DNA of 64,000 nt from Methanobacterium sp. UBA410 (GCA_002498385.1 DAHH01000019.1:1772-65771), one strand, 5' to 3'. Numbered from the stretch's first letter, positions 10,254-20,196 are shown. Program-made: numbers and translations. Notes: generated by a model not told the origin, from the letters alone.

Positions 10254-10898
10254 ATGTTGTTTATTGATGGAGGATCAAAACAACGGGATCAAACCTTAAA
10301 AAGTGAGCTTATGAAACACTTAAAACTTGAAAATGGCACCATATATGATGGAAGCCAGATACAGCCTATGTGGGCTTTCAGACAGTTTGGAATAAAGGAT
10401 TCCAGCATAGTAAGCTGGACAGGCCCCATGGAAATAAGATCAGATGAAGTGATAGACTACGAAGATGTTGAAGTTGAAATAAAAGGTGGAGAAATGTTAA
10501 ATTTCATAATAGAGCACTTCGATGTCCAGCCTGCAAATATAAGGCTCTGCTATCACAGGCAGCGCCTCTTTGTCACCATAGTCAAGGATCTCCTGGCGGG
10601 TCACGGTGTGAAAACCCGGCGGGATGGTGACGATCTCTACGTTCTTCAGAATGATAAAAGGAGAGGTAAGCTCAGTGTTTCAATAGCAACGTGCTCTGCA
10701 AGCAGCATGAAGGTCCACTTTGCATTGAATCTCACAGAAGAAGGAACACCTGATGATGTTGAAACTTCTGGTCTTCTGGAGTGTGGTGCAGGCCTTGAAA
10801 GGGAAAATGTTCAGGATCTTGCCGACGAAATATGTTCAGCTTACATAAATGAAGTAGAATCCATTGAAAGCGATATAACTAAAACAAGGGTATTTTAA
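10254..10898 (+). CDS. conserved archaeal hypothetical protein (DUF366-like from memory)
   Basis: '[23 protein letters not shown]'. An alternative start at 10311 is possible. Lies directly upstream of queD-queE. Confidence 0.5.
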   Translation: MLFIDGGSKQRDQTLKSELMKHLKLENGTIYDGSQIQPMWAFRQFGIKDSSIVSWTGPMEIRSDEVIDYEDVEVEIKGGEMLNFIIEHFDVQPANIRLCYHRQRLFVTIVKDLLAGHGVKTRRDGDDLYVLQNDKRRGKLSVSIATCSASSMKVHFALNLTEEGTPDDVETSGLLECGAGLERENVQDLADEICSAYINEVESIESDITKTRVF

Positions 10899-11029
10899 GT
10901 ACTCATAAAAAAACAGTATTTTAAGGTTACAGTGGATCGTAACCAGATCATACAAAACAGTAAATAATAAACAAAACAGTAGATAATAATAGATGGAAGG
11001 TTTAAACGTATTAGGAGTAAGATGTTCAA

Positions 11030-11512
11030 ATGAAAATTGTTATAAACGGGATCCATGCCAATTTAAGGTTTTCTGCAGCGCATTTAATCCCGGAACATGA
11101 ATCATGTGGTGTTATACACGGCCACTCATACATAGTTGACGTTGTTATCGAGGGGGAAAGATCCGGCAAGTTCGGATTTGTTGTTGACTTCAAGAAGGTC
11201 AAGGCCATAGTGAGGGGTATATGCAAGAAACTCGACCACAGGGTTTTAATTCCACTAAAAAATCCTGAAATGAATTTTAAAAACCTTGAGGATGCTGTCG
11301 AATTTTCAATTGGATCTAAAGAGTACAAATTGCCGCTTGAAGACTGCAGACTGCTCGATCTTAGATCCACATCCGCAGAGGACCTCTCTGAGTTCTTTGC
11401 AAAGGAACTTTACAGGAAACTTGAGAAACTGGACAACAATATCTCGAGCATCCAGGTGGGTGTGAACGAGGGAATAGGACAGGGAGCCTACTTCACAAAA
11501 AAGGTTGAATAA
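11030..11512 (+). CDS. queD: 6-carboxy-5,6,7,8-tetrahydropterin synthase (PTPS family)
   Basis: '[23 protein letters not shown]' carries the catalytic Cys and the His zinc ligands. Confidence 0.85.
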   Translation: MKIVINGIHANLRFSAAHLIPEHESCGVIHGHSYIVDVVIEGERSGKFGFVVDFKKVKAIVRGICKKLDHRVLIPLKNPEMNFKNLEDAVEFSIGSKEYKLPLEDCRLLDLRSTSAEDLSEFFAKELYRKLEKLDNNISSIQVGVNEGIGQGAYFTKKVE

Positions 11513-11542
11513 AAAGAATAAATAGGGAAACAGGGTTTTAAA

Positions 11543-12244
11543 ATGAAAACACGTATAAGTGAGGTTTTTTCAAGCATTCAGGGTGAAGGGCTGCTTTTAG
11601 GCCGCAGACAAGTCTTTGTAAGGTTTACAGGATGCAACCTGAACTGCAACTACTGTGACACACCTGAAAACAAGGATCCCTCCTATGGAGAGCTTGTTTC
11701 CACAGATGAACTTTTTGAAAGAGTTGATAAATTAATAACTCCTGATTTTCATTCTATATCTTTTACAGGTGGTGAACCATTACTAAATGCAGATTTTATC
11801 AGTGAATTTTTAAGTAAATATGATTTTACTTCTTTAATTGAGACAAATGGTTCTTTACCTGATGAGTTGGCGAAAATAATAGATTTAATAGATTATGCAT
11901 CCATTGATATAAAATTGCCTGAACATGAATCCTCCGGTAACTGGGACGATCTCTTTGAATCTGAGCTTAAATCCATAAAACTATTAATAGATAAGGGGAT
12001 AAATACATACATAAAAGTGGTTGTGATGCCTTCAACAAAAGTTGACTTGGTGGGTTATATAGCCTCAAGGGTAAAAGATGAGGTTAAGGAAAGCACTGAC
12101 TTATCAATGGTTATTCAACCTGTAAGTCCCCTTGATTTGTGGGCAGATGAAGAAGATAAATTATTCAAGATCTCTGAAAAGGCAGGAGAGTACATGGATG
12201 TTTTAACCATACCTCAAGTTCATAAACTTCTAAAGGTTAGGTAG
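11543..12244 (+). CDS. queE: 7-carboxy-7-deazaguanine synthase (radical SAM)
   Basis: '[34 protein letters not shown]' is the QueE N-terminus with CX3CX2C. Confidence 0.85.
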   Translation: MKTRISEVFSSIQGEGLLLGRRQVFVRFTGCNLNCNYCDTPENKDPSYGELVSTDELFERVDKLITPDFHSISFTGGEPLLNADFISEFLSKYDFTSLIETNGSLPDELAKIIDLIDYASIDIKLPEHESSGNWDDLFESELKSIKLLIDKGINTYIKVVVMPSTKVDLVGYIASRVKDEVKESTDLSMVIQPVSPLDLWADEEDKLFKISEKAGEYMDVLTIPQVHKLLKVR

Positions 12245-12255
12245 GAGGTTTTAAG

Positions 12256-12813
12256 ATGGAAATGGACACCAAAGTTACAGTACACGACGCAATGACATCA
12301 AGCGTTATTACAGCAGACCCAAATACAACAGTTGCTGATGCAGCTATTTTAATGACAAGGTTTAAAATAGGCTGTCTCATAGTCAAGAGCAACAGCGAAC
12401 CTGAGGGACTGATCACAGAAAGTGATATCATTGGAAAAGTGGTATCAAAGGACATTAAGGCCAGTGAGATAACAATAGGAAATATAATGACCAAAAACCT
12501 CATAATGACCACTCCTGGAAGTGAATTAAATGAAGCCGCAAGGTTAATGGCTAAAAACCAGATAAGAAGACTTCCTGTTGTAAATAAGGGAGTTCTTGTA
12601 GGTATATTAACATCAACGGACATTGTGATGGTATCTCCTGAATTAACGGATATACTGGTTGAAAATGCCAAAATGCAGAACGTTGAATACTCTGATGTGG
12701 AGCAATCAGTGCCGGGCATATGTGAGATATGTGGAACATACGTTGAGTACCTCGATGAGGTTGATGGAAAGTTTGTTTGTGAAAGCTGTAAAGAGGATTT
12801 AAAGGGTGAATAA
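12256..12813 (+). CDS. CBS-pair protein with a C-terminal zinc ribbon
   Basis: Two CBS motifs ('IGCLIV...GLITESDI', '[21 protein letters not shown]'), then '[23 protein letters not shown]'. Confidence 0.8.
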   Translation: MEMDTKVTVHDAMTSSVITADPNTTVADAAILMTRFKIGCLIVKSNSEPEGLITESDIIGKVVSKDIKASEITIGNIMTKNLIMTTPGSELNEAARLMAKNQIRRLPVVNKGVLVGILTSTDIVMVSPELTDILVENAKMQNVEYSDVEQSVPGICEICGTYVEYLDEVDGKFVCESCKEDLKGE

Positions 12814-12883
12814 ATTTAGGTGAGTCATCTAAGGATGCATACACAAAGCTTGAGTTGAATAAGCAATTTAAGGGGTGAGTAAC

Positions 12884-13699
12884 ATGAGCAATGTGGGAGA
12901 AATTATGACCTCCAACCCTGTATCTGTTTCCGTTGACACCTACGCAACCAAAGTAAGATCGATATTCAGGGAGGAATGGTTCAGATCCATACCTGTTGTT
13001 TCAGGAGAACGCCTTGAGGGATTGATAACCCGTGGCTGCATGATGAACATAAGTTCAACAAAGTCCAGCATAGACGCAAGGGGAATAATGGAACATGTGA
13101 AGGTTGTTGCAACCCCGGATATGGACACTGCAGAACTTGCAAAAAAACTGATCAAAGCAGACACTGTTCAGGCACCTGTTGTGGAATCAACAGAAAATAT
13201 GCGTCTTGTTGGTATAGTAACTGTTGCAGACATCCTTAAAAAATTTTTATACAACGGTAAAAAACCTAAAAACCAGACCTTAGCTGAAATAGCATCAGAA
13301 AAGGTTGTTACCTGCGGTCATGATGATCTGCTCTCGAAGGTTTGGAGCAAGATGGATGTGACTGGATTTTCAGGACTTCCAGTTATGAAGAAACGAAAAA
13401 TGATAGGTATAATAACAAGGAAGGATATTATAAACTCAGGGCACGCCAGAATAGGAAGGGAGTCCAATGAGTCCAAAAGTTCCATCCGTGTTGAACGTGT
13501 TATGAAAACACCACCTGTTGTTGTGACACCTGATACAAGTGTTAGAGAGGCTGCAGAACTCATTGTTGAACACGACATCGGACGTATCCCCGTTGTTAAA
13601 AATCCAGTGTATGTTAAAAAAGAACCAAGACGAGCAAGAGAAGCCGATTTGATCGGCATAGTTTCAAGGGAAGATATTTTAGGATCGTATCTAAATTGA
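12884..13699 (+). CDS. CBS-domain protein (four CBS motifs)
   Basis: Repeated '...G(I/L)(I/V)T..D(I/M)...' CBS signatures. ATG at 12884 follows GGGGTGA; the track start GTG at 12875 overlaps the RBS. Confidence 0.8.
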   Translation: MSNVGEIMTSNPVSVSVDTYATKVRSIFREEWFRSIPVVSGERLEGLITRGCMMNISSTKSSIDARGIMEHVKVVATPDMDTAELAKKLIKADTVQAPVVESTENMRLVGIVTVADILKKFLYNGKKPKNQTLAEIASEKVVTCGHDDLLSKVWSKMDVTGFSGLPVMKKRKMIGIITRKDIINSGHARIGRESNESKSSIRVERVMKTPPVVVTPDTSVREAAELIVEHDIGRIPVVKNPVYVKKEPRRAREADLIGIVSREDILGSYLN

Positions 13700-13922
13700 T
13701 CTTCAACTTACACGTGCATTCAAACTTCAAATTAAATTATTTTACAGACTATTTTTTAGATAAATTATTAAAAAATTACATATATCCAAATTTACAAGAT
13801 TTCTCAGGTTTATTAGATAATTACTTGTATGATTTTTTATATTTATTGAATAAACTAGATCTCCTTGAGTTAAATGATGAACTCTTAGGCATTCAAGGTC
13901 ATCTTTCACAAGAGGTGTATTG

Positions 13923-14864
13923 ATGAGAAGAAAAGAAACCATAAATATAGTAAAATCTATGGACAGAGGTCCAGTGGAATTTGAATCCCACGCCTCAGAA
14001 CACGAAGGCGATGTGATGAGCATCGCAAAGAAAAAGGTGGTTACAGTCCCTCAAAGCGCCACCATAAAAGAAGCCGCTGAAATAATGGTTAAAAACAAGT
14101 TCAGAAGGCTTCCAATAACAGATCCCGGAACTGGAAATCTCCTTGGAATTGTAACCTCCATGGACATCATCGACTTCCTAGGAGGAGGAGAAAAGTACAG
14201 GATAGTGGAGGATAAGTACCAGGGAAACTTTCTGGGAGCCATAAATGAATCCGTTAGGAGCATCATGACGCGCAACGTTGAGGTTTTAAATAACAAGAGC
14301 TCCATAAATGATGCCCTTAAAAAAATGATTGCAAAGGGTGTTGGAGCACTTCCAGTCCTGGATTCAGACAAAAAAATCGTTGGAATAGTTTCAGAAAGGG
14401 ATTTTGTCCTTTTACTTGCAGGAGTTCTAACGGATGAGGTTGTTGAAGATTTCATGACAGAGAAGGTCATAACAACAACCCCTGGAACAAGAATAGAGGG
14501 TGCATCAAAGATAATGGTGAGAAACAACCTCAGAAGAATTCCTGTTGTTGGTGAGGAACGAAAAACACCCCATCCTGAGAAGGACAAGATCGTTGGAATA
14601 GTTACAGCCACTGACATCCTGGGACTCCTTGGAAAAAACAAGGCCTTAACCCGGATGACTTCAAACAGTGCAGAGGAATTTTTAAACACAACCATAACCG
14701 AGATCATGGAGACACATGTGATAGCAACCACTGCAAACACAAGACTCGGAGACCTCTGCAATGCCATGGGAAGGGAAGGAATTGGTGGCCTGCCCGTTGT
14801 TCTCAACAGTGAACTAATAGGTATAATAACAGAAAGCGACATTTTAAAGGCCATAAGTTCCTAA
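13923..14864 (+). CDS. CBS-domain protein (four CBS motifs)
   Basis: 'FRRLPITDPGTGNLLGIVTSMDI', 'VGALPVLDSDKKIVGIVSERDF', 'LRRIPVV...IVGIVTATDI', 'IGGLPVVLNSELIGIITESDI'. ATG at 13923 follows AGAGGTG. Confidence 0.8.
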   Translation: MRRKETINIVKSMDRGPVEFESHASEHEGDVMSIAKKKVVTVPQSATIKEAAEIMVKNKFRRLPITDPGTGNLLGIVTSMDIIDFLGGGEKYRIVEDKYQGNFLGAINESVRSIMTRNVEVLNNKSSINDALKKMIAKGVGALPVLDSDKKIVGIVSERDFVLLLAGVLTDEVVEDFMTEKVITTTPGTRIEGASKIMVRNNLRRIPVVGEERKTPHPEKDKIVGIVTATDILGLLGKNKALTRMTSNSAEEFLNTTITEIMETHVIATTANTRLGDLCNAMGREGIGGLPVVLNSELIGIITESDILKAISS

Positions 14865-14929
14865 TGGCCATTAATTTTTAAAAAAAGGTTTACTCAACGG
14901 TTTATTGAATCTGTAGGCGGAGGATATAC

Positions 14930-15769
14930 ATGAAAGTTGAAGATGTGATGAATGATGAAGTGAGCGTAGTTCAGGAAAATGAGCATGTGGAACATGCAAG
15001 GAAGCTCATGCTCAAACACGGAGTCAGCAGGATCGTTGTGGTTGATGATGAATATAAACCCGTTGGAATAGTTACAGAAAAGGATTTAACCCGAAAAATG
15101 AGGGGAAATGGGCCAAAATGGAAAATGAGGCCTATAGATAAAATATCAATAAGGAGGGTCATGACGGAGGATCTTGTAACCCTAAGCCCCAAAGATGAGG
15201 CCAGGGATGCAGTGGAACTCATGCTGAAAAAGGATATAAGCTCCATACCAGTTGTTGATGAGGATGGACTTGCAGGAATAATATCCAAAACAGACCTTCT
15301 AAAGGTTTACACCAACAAATTTAAAGGTAGATGGAAAGTTTCAGATCTCATGAGCCCGGATGTAATAACAGTTAATGAAAATCACAGCATAGGCCATGTT
15401 ATAGGTGTTATGGAAAAGAATAATGTGGGTAAAATCGTTGTGATCCGGGATAATGAGCCTGTTGGAATTGTAACCCCTGAAAACATTTCATTTGCACAGG
15501 TTGAGGATCCTGAAACCGGAGTGAACGTTGAAAAGATCTACTTCGTGAGAAACTCCGAGGGAAAAACCAAAAAAAATGTTAGGATGGTTTCAATGCTCAC
15601 AGCAGGGGACATAATGAAAAATCACCTCATTAAAATTTCTAAAGATGAAGATGCAGTTAAAGCAGCTGATATAATGTACAAAGATAACATAAGTGGTATT
15701 CCAGTTGTTGAAGGGGGCGATCTTGTGGGTATAATAACAAAAACAGATGTGATTAAAGGTATCCAGTAG
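14930..15769 (+). CDS. CBS-domain protein (four CBS motifs)
   Basis: 'VSRIVVVDDEYKPVGIVTEKDL', 'ISSIPVVDEDGLAGIISKTDL', 'VGKIVVIRDNEPVGIVTPENI', 'ISGIPVVEGGDLVGIITKTDV'. Confidence 0.8.
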   Translation: MKVEDVMNDEVSVVQENEHVEHARKLMLKHGVSRIVVVDDEYKPVGIVTEKDLTRKMRGNGPKWKMRPIDKISIRRVMTEDLVTLSPKDEARDAVELMLKKDISSIPVVDEDGLAGIISKTDLLKVYTNKFKGRWKVSDLMSPDVITVNENHSIGHVIGVMEKNNVGKIVVIRDNEPVGIVTPENISFAQVEDPETGVNVEKIYFVRNSEGKTKKNVRMVSMLTAGDIMKNHLIKISKDEDAVKAADIMYKDNISGIPVVEGGDLVGIITKTDVIKGIQ

Positions 15770-15848
15770 GTGCCTGAATTAATTTTTTTGTATCTTAAAA
15801 AAAATATAACTTAAAAAGGTCAGAAACAGGGTCTCAAGAGGGATAGAG

Positions 15849-16670
15849 ATGCATGTGAAAGATATAATGAGGAGAGAAGTTTTTCTTGTGGACAAAGATC
15901 AGAATGTGAACGATGCACTGAAAATCATGAAAAAACATAAAATTTCAAGGCTTCCTGTTGTGAACACCAACAACAGCCATGTCAAAGAGCTTGTGGGCAT
16001 GGTGACTGAAAAGGACATAGCCATGCGTTTGAGCTCCTCAAAATACGGAAACCTTGCACCTTCACATTTCCATGTTTCAACTGTAATGAGCACGGACCTT
16101 GTAACTGTTGAAAGTGCAAGAAGCATAGGAAAGGCTGCAAAGTCCATGATCGATAATAAAATTGGTGGCCTGCCAGTTGTGGATCAGGGCGAAATAGTTG
16201 GAATGCTCACCAAAACAGATTTCATAGAAATATGCCAGGGAAAACCCTTCAACAACACCAGCGTTGCAAGCAGAATGAAAAAAAACGTCTTAACTGTCAG
16301 CCCTGATGACAGGCTTGTACACGCAAGAAGATGCATGATAGACGGTGGAATTGGAAGGATACCCGTAACAGAAGGAAATGAACTTGAAGGAATAATAACA
16401 GCCAAAGATATAGCAAAAGCAGTGGTATCATTTAGAAAACTTGTTCCAGACAAACACCAGGCTGCAAGGATAAGAAACCTCCTTGTAGGGGATATTATGA
16501 CCCAAAATGTAAAAACAATAAGTTCTGATGCTTCAATTGAGGAAACTTCAAGGATGATGCTTGAGAACAACTGCAGTGGACTGCCTGTTTCAGATGAGAA
16601 CAATCTTGTGGGTATAATTACAAAAACAGACATGCTCGATTTTATTGTGGAGCTTGAGGAGGTTTACTGA
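15849..16670 (+). CDS. CBS-domain protein (four CBS motifs)
   Basis: 'ISRLPVV...LVGMVTEKDI', 'IGGLPVVDQGEIVGMLTKTDF', 'IGRIPVTEGNELEGIITAKDI', 'CSGLPVSDENNLVGIITKTDM'. Confidence 0.8.
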   Translation: MHVKDIMRREVFLVDKDQNVNDALKIMKKHKISRLPVVNTNNSHVKELVGMVTEKDIAMRLSSSKYGNLAPSHFHVSTVMSTDLVTVESARSIGKAAKSMIDNKIGGLPVVDQGEIVGMLTKTDFIEICQGKPFNNTSVASRMKKNVLTVSPDDRLVHARRCMIDGGIGRIPVTEGNELEGIITAKDIAKAVVSFRKLVPDKHQAARIRNLLVGDIMTQNVKTISSDASIEETSRMMLENNCSGLPVSDENNLVGIITKTDMLDFIVELEEVY

Positions 16671-16709
16671 ATTTCACCAGAAATAAAATGTCCAGAATGC
16701 AATTCCAGA

Positions 16710-17924
16710 ATGGACATAAGGATTGGGAGAAAAAACTCCCATAAAACTTTTTTTTTTAATTGTTCCAACTGCAGCGGTAGTTACACCCATACTTTGCCTG
16801 GTTTTATAGAAGAAGAACTGCCAAAACTTGTTGATCTGGAACCAAAACGACTGAAAAACTCATTTCGCAGGGGAAACCTGAAGTTCTATGATTCAAAGGG
16901 AATAAATGCTATTCAATTTCGAAAAAAGGTTGGAGAAATTGAATCTGGAACAATGGTATGTTTTGGAGATGAAATTGAAATTATAAGGGGATTTCCAAAG
17001 ATAAGAAGGACTCTGATGCTGTCACCCACCCTGAGACAGCACTTCAACCATGAGGTGGCAGTTGAGGAAAAGATGAATGGTTACAATGTCAGAGTAGCTC
17101 TTGTAAATGGTAAAATTATTGCTTTCACACGTGGGGGATATATATGCCCCTACACAACACGTAAAGTGCCTCAAATCATGGACTTGACTGATTTCTTCAG
17201 AGAACATCCTCAGATTGTCATATGCGGCGAGATGGTTGGCACTGAAAACCCCTACGTAACCCACCATTACCCAGAGATTGGAAGCATCGGTTTTAGAATA
17301 TTCGACCTGCGGGAGAAAACTTCAAACAGGGCCATGAAGGTTACAGAAAGAAGAAACCTCCTTGAAAAATATGATCTGCCCTCTGTAAAACTTTTCGGAA
17401 TTTACAGTGTTGATGAAGTCCCTTCAAGGGTTGAGAACATCGTGAAAGACCTTGATAAAACAGACAGGGAGGGGGTGGTTATGAAGGATCCCCAGATGCA
17501 CCTGTCCCCACTCAAGTACACCTCATCACGCGCACATGCAGAGGAACTTGAATACGCCTTCAGCTATCCATTTGACTTTGGAAGGCAGTTCTTCTTCAGC
17601 AGGGTTATAAGGGAGGGTTTTCAAGCCTACGAAACCGGAGAGTCAGGTGAGGAACTTAAAAGAAGGGCCCAGAGGATTGGGGAATCCATACTCTACCCTA
17701 TGCTCGCCACCATAAAACGTGTTTCAAAGGATGATGTGGCAGGAGAAGACCTTACAATATATGTTGACAGTTACGATGAGGCAGCAGAGTTTGTACGTCA
17801 CCTCCGCGACCTTGGGGTGGTTGCAACGGTCTACGATTTCAAGGATGGGAAAGCAGTTATAAGGAGAATCCATCAATCTACAACTGACAAGATAAACAAC
17901 TACCTGAGGGGTGGCCTATATTGA
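16710..17924 (+). CDS. ATP-dependent RNA ligase (archaeal Rnl3 / Pab1020-MthRnl type) with an N-terminal zinc-ribbon extension
   Basis: Adenylyltransferase motif I 'VEEKMNGYNVRV', 'ICGEMVG', 'REGVVMKD'. The true 5' end is uncertain: half of a CxxC...CxxC ribbon lies upstream of this first ATG (see findings). Confidence 0.8.
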   Translation: MDIRIGRKNSHKTFFFNCSNCSGSYTHTLPGFIEEELPKLVDLEPKRLKNSFRRGNLKFYDSKGINAIQFRKKVGEIESGTMVCFGDEIEIIRGFPKIRRTLMLSPTLRQHFNHEVAVEEKMNGYNVRVALVNGKIIAFTRGGYICPYTTRKVPQIMDLTDFFREHPQIVICGEMVGTENPYVTHHYPEIGSIGFRIFDLREKTSNRAMKVTERRNLLEKYDLPSVKLFGIYSVDEVPSRVENIVKDLDKTDREGVVMKDPQMHLSPLKYTSSRAHAEELEYAFSYPFDFGRQFFFSRVIREGFQAYETGESGEELKRRAQRIGESILYPMLATIKRVSKDDVAGEDLTIYVDSYDEAAEFVRHLRDLGVVATVYDFKDGKAVIRRIHQSTTDKINNYLRGGLY

Positions 17925-18814
17925 TAATAACAGAGCCAATTGCAACGGAAGATGAAAGGGATTGCAGCCATCCTACACGTTTTAAAGCTAAAAAAATAGG
18001 ATTTTTAGGTCCTTCAGGAACTTTCACTGAAGAAGCAGCATCCAAACTTAAGGGGGAGCTTGTTCCATTTGAATCCATTGTGGATGTTCTTGATGCAGTG
18101 GACAGGGGCAAGGTGGACTGGGGAGTTGTGCCCATTGAAAATTCAATAGAGGGTCCTGTGGGCATGACACTGGACCTCATGGCCCATGAATACGATCTCA
18201 AAATAAGGAATGAAATAACACTTCCTGTAAGCCATAACCTTCTTGTAAACCATGGTGCTGACACAGACAGTATCACAACTGTTTATTCACATATCCAGGC
18301 CCTTTCACAGTGCAGAAAGTTTCTCGATGATCTTAAGGTTGTTGTGCATGCAACTCCAAGTACCTCTGCAGCTGCAGAGCTTGTTCAGGGCAGAATAGAT
18401 ACTGCAGCAGTTGGAACAACAAGAGCAGCCAGTATATACGGTTTGAAGGTTGCAGCCATGGATATCCAGGACTACGAGAACAACGTAACCCGGTTCGTTG
18501 TGCTGGATCAGGTGGATCATCCAAGGACCGGCAAGGATAAAACATCCATAGTTCTCTTCCTCAAGGAGGATAAACCTGGAGGTCTCTACGGGATACTTGG
18601 GGAGTTTGCCATGAAAGATGTGAACCTTACCAAGATTGAGTCAAGACCTTCAAAGGAAAAACTGGGCAGTTACATCTTTTTTATAGATTTCGAGGGTCAC
18701 AGAGACGATCCCGTTATCAAGAATATTATAAATATCATAAAAATCAAGGTAGATTATATAAAAATTTTAGGTTCATATCCTACAGAAGGAGCGGATTTAC
18801 ATAGCTACGGATAA
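17921..18814 (+). CDS. pheA: prephenate dehydratase with a C-terminal ACT domain
   Basis: 'KIGFLGPSGTFTEEAA', 'NVTRFVVL', 'ESRPSK'. TTG start overlaps the RNA ligase stop by 4 nt; no nearby ATG. Confidence 0.85.
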   Translation: MIITEPIATEDERDCSHPTRFKAKKIGFLGPSGTFTEEAASKLKGELVPFESIVDVLDAVDRGKVDWGVVPIENSIEGPVGMTLDLMAHEYDLKIRNEITLPVSHNLLVNHGADTDSITTVYSHIQALSQCRKFLDDLKVVVHATPSTSAAAELVQGRIDTAAVGTTRAASIYGLKVAAMDIQDYENNVTRFVVLDQVDHPRTGKDKTSIVLFLKEDKPGGLYGILGEFAMKDVNLTKIESRPSKEKLGSYIFFIDFEGHRDDPVIKNIINIIKIKVDYIKILGSYPTEGADLHSYG

Positions 18815-18824
18815 AGAAAAATTC

Positions 18825-19445
18825 ATGAAGGAGTTAGATAAGCTTGAAAAGGAATTTGCTGAGGGTAAGCTATCTAAGAGGCAGTATACTGTTCATAAAA
18901 AGGTTTTAGAAGATAAGTTAGGCACAGTTCTTGCTGTGGAAAGGGTTAAAAAACTTCAAGGAAAAGAGGACTCTGAAAAGACCCTGGACTACTGGGCAGA
19001 AAAGGAGAAAGAAAAGGAAGACCGTAAGGAAAAGGAAGAACTCGTTGAAAAGTACGTGATGATGCCTTCACCAAAGGCTTCCAAGAAGAGGAAGGCCCAG
19101 AGAAAGCAGGTTACCCAATCAAAAAACAGTGGATTCAAGTTCACAAAGGGAAAAATGCTGGTACTTGGAGTCCTCATAGTGGCGTTTCTTGTGGGCATAA
19201 GCTTTGGAGTGTCCTTATTGAAGGCACCGGCCCAGACATCAACCGTGCCAATGCTTGTGAACGAGAGTGCATTCCCAACAGCCAACATGACTGCCAACGT
19301 TACCAATAACACCACAACAAACACAACGAAGACCTACAAGACCAACAAAACAACGACTCCAACAACAACTACATACTATGTACAGCAGAATACACCAAAT
19401 AATGATCAACAAAGTACGAATACGAATGATAATAGTCAGTATTAA
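18825..19445 (+). CDS. single-pass membrane protein: SHOCT-like N-terminal helix, charged coiled coil, TM helix, Asn/Thr-rich exterior tail
   Basis: 'LEKEFAEGKLSKRQYTVHKKVLEDKL', 'KMLVLGVLIVAFLVGISFGVSLL', tail 'NMTANVTNNTTTNTTKTYKTNKTTTPTTTT'. Confidence 0.6.
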   Translation: MKELDKLEKEFAEGKLSKRQYTVHKKVLEDKLGTVLAVERVKKLQGKEDSEKTLDYWAEKEKEKEDRKEKEELVEKYVMMPSPKASKKRKAQRKQVTQSKNSGFKFTKGKMLVLGVLIVAFLVGISFGVSLLKAPAQTSTVPMLVNESAFPTANMTANVTNNTTTNTTKTYKTNKTTTPTTTTYYVQQNTPNNDQQSTNTNDNSQY

Positions 19446-19520
19446 CTAAAGTTTAAAATTTCCCATTTTTTTATTTTTAAACACTTTATCATATTTTTGA
19501 ATGAGAGAAGGTGAATAATC

Positions 19521-20048
19521 GTGAAAAAGTATCCTCTTTTAATAATAGCTCTTTTGGTTTCTATTGTGGCTGTATCTGGATGCGTTTCAAACCAGAACCA
19601 GACAAATCAAACCAGTTACTCACAAAATGGTGTTACATTTAACTACCCCTCATCGTGGCAGGTTGCAAACACAACCTCTCCAAATGCTGTGGTGGCAGTT
19701 GCAGATCCAAAAACTGTGGACAATCAGAGTTCTCCAACAACACTGGTTGTTATCCAGAAATCAAATGCAACTGGAGACCTTCAAACTGTTTACAGTGAAA
19801 ACTACGCAAACTTCTTCAACAACACAGGCAACCAGAGGGTTTCTGAGGGAAACATAACAGTCGGTGGTGCTCAGGCCATTGAAAACGTTTACACTGCCAA
19901 TGAATCAGGCGTTCAGAAGGAGATGAGGGCTGTTTGGCTTACACGCAACAGCCAGATATACGTTATACTGTGCAGTGCACTGCAGTCAGACTTCAACAAT
20001 GAACAGTCCAACTTCGACATGATAATCAACAGCTTCAAGGTACAGTAA
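19521..20048 (+). CDS. secreted or lipid-anchored protein of unknown function
   Basis: Signal peptide with a lipobox-like 'IVAVSGC'. GTG start after AGAAGGTGA. The mature part is beta-rich with several N-x-S/T sequons. Confidence 0.6.
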   Translation: MKKYPLLIIALLVSIVAVSGCVSNQNQTNQTSYSQNGVTFNYPSSWQVANTTSPNAVVAVADPKTVDNQSSPTTLVVIQKSNATGDLQTVYSENYANFFNNTGNQRVSEGNITVGGAQAIENVYTANESGVQKEMRAVWLTRNSQIYVILCSALQSDFNNEQSNFDMIINSFKVQ

Positions 20049-20162
20049 ACCTCTTTTTAGTTTTTTTATTTTTTTAAAGGAATTCTAAAGTTTTTGATGA
20101 TTTTAAAAATGGTTTTAAAGGTTTTTTGTACATGGATATTTATATGGATGAAGGTATACAGA

Positions 20163-20196
20163 TGAAAGGAAAGTACAACTGAAAGGAAAGTACAAC
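20163..20196. repeat. perfect 17-nt tandem duplication (tgaaaggaaagtacaac x2)
   Basis: 20163-20179 and 20180-20196 are identical. Intergenic. Confidence 0.9.

Noticed and set aside
13696-14023. ORFs 13696-13923 (+) and 13742-14023 (-) in the spacer between the second and third CBS genes.
   Set aside because: The region is extremely AT-rich. The translations are Leu/Asn/Tyr/Ile low-complexity with no RBS. It is more likely a promoter spacer.
14051-14854. 267-aa ORF antisense to the third CBS gene. Similar long antisense ORFs lie at 12237-12719, 13318-13659, 14971-15288 and 16184-16633.
   Set aside because: Each lies entirely inside a sense gene with clear CBS motifs. The translations are Ser/Thr/Ile/Pro-rich low-complexity strings typical of the reverse frame of GAN/AAN-rich genes. 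They have no RBS and no recognisable domain.
16668-16670. TGA between the CBS gene and the RNA ligase as a selenocysteine codon.
   Set aside because: I see no SECIS-like hairpin nearby, and Sec decoding is known in Methanococcales and Methanopyrus rather than Methanobacteriales. Generic read-through or non-ATG initiation remain open and are listed as a finding.
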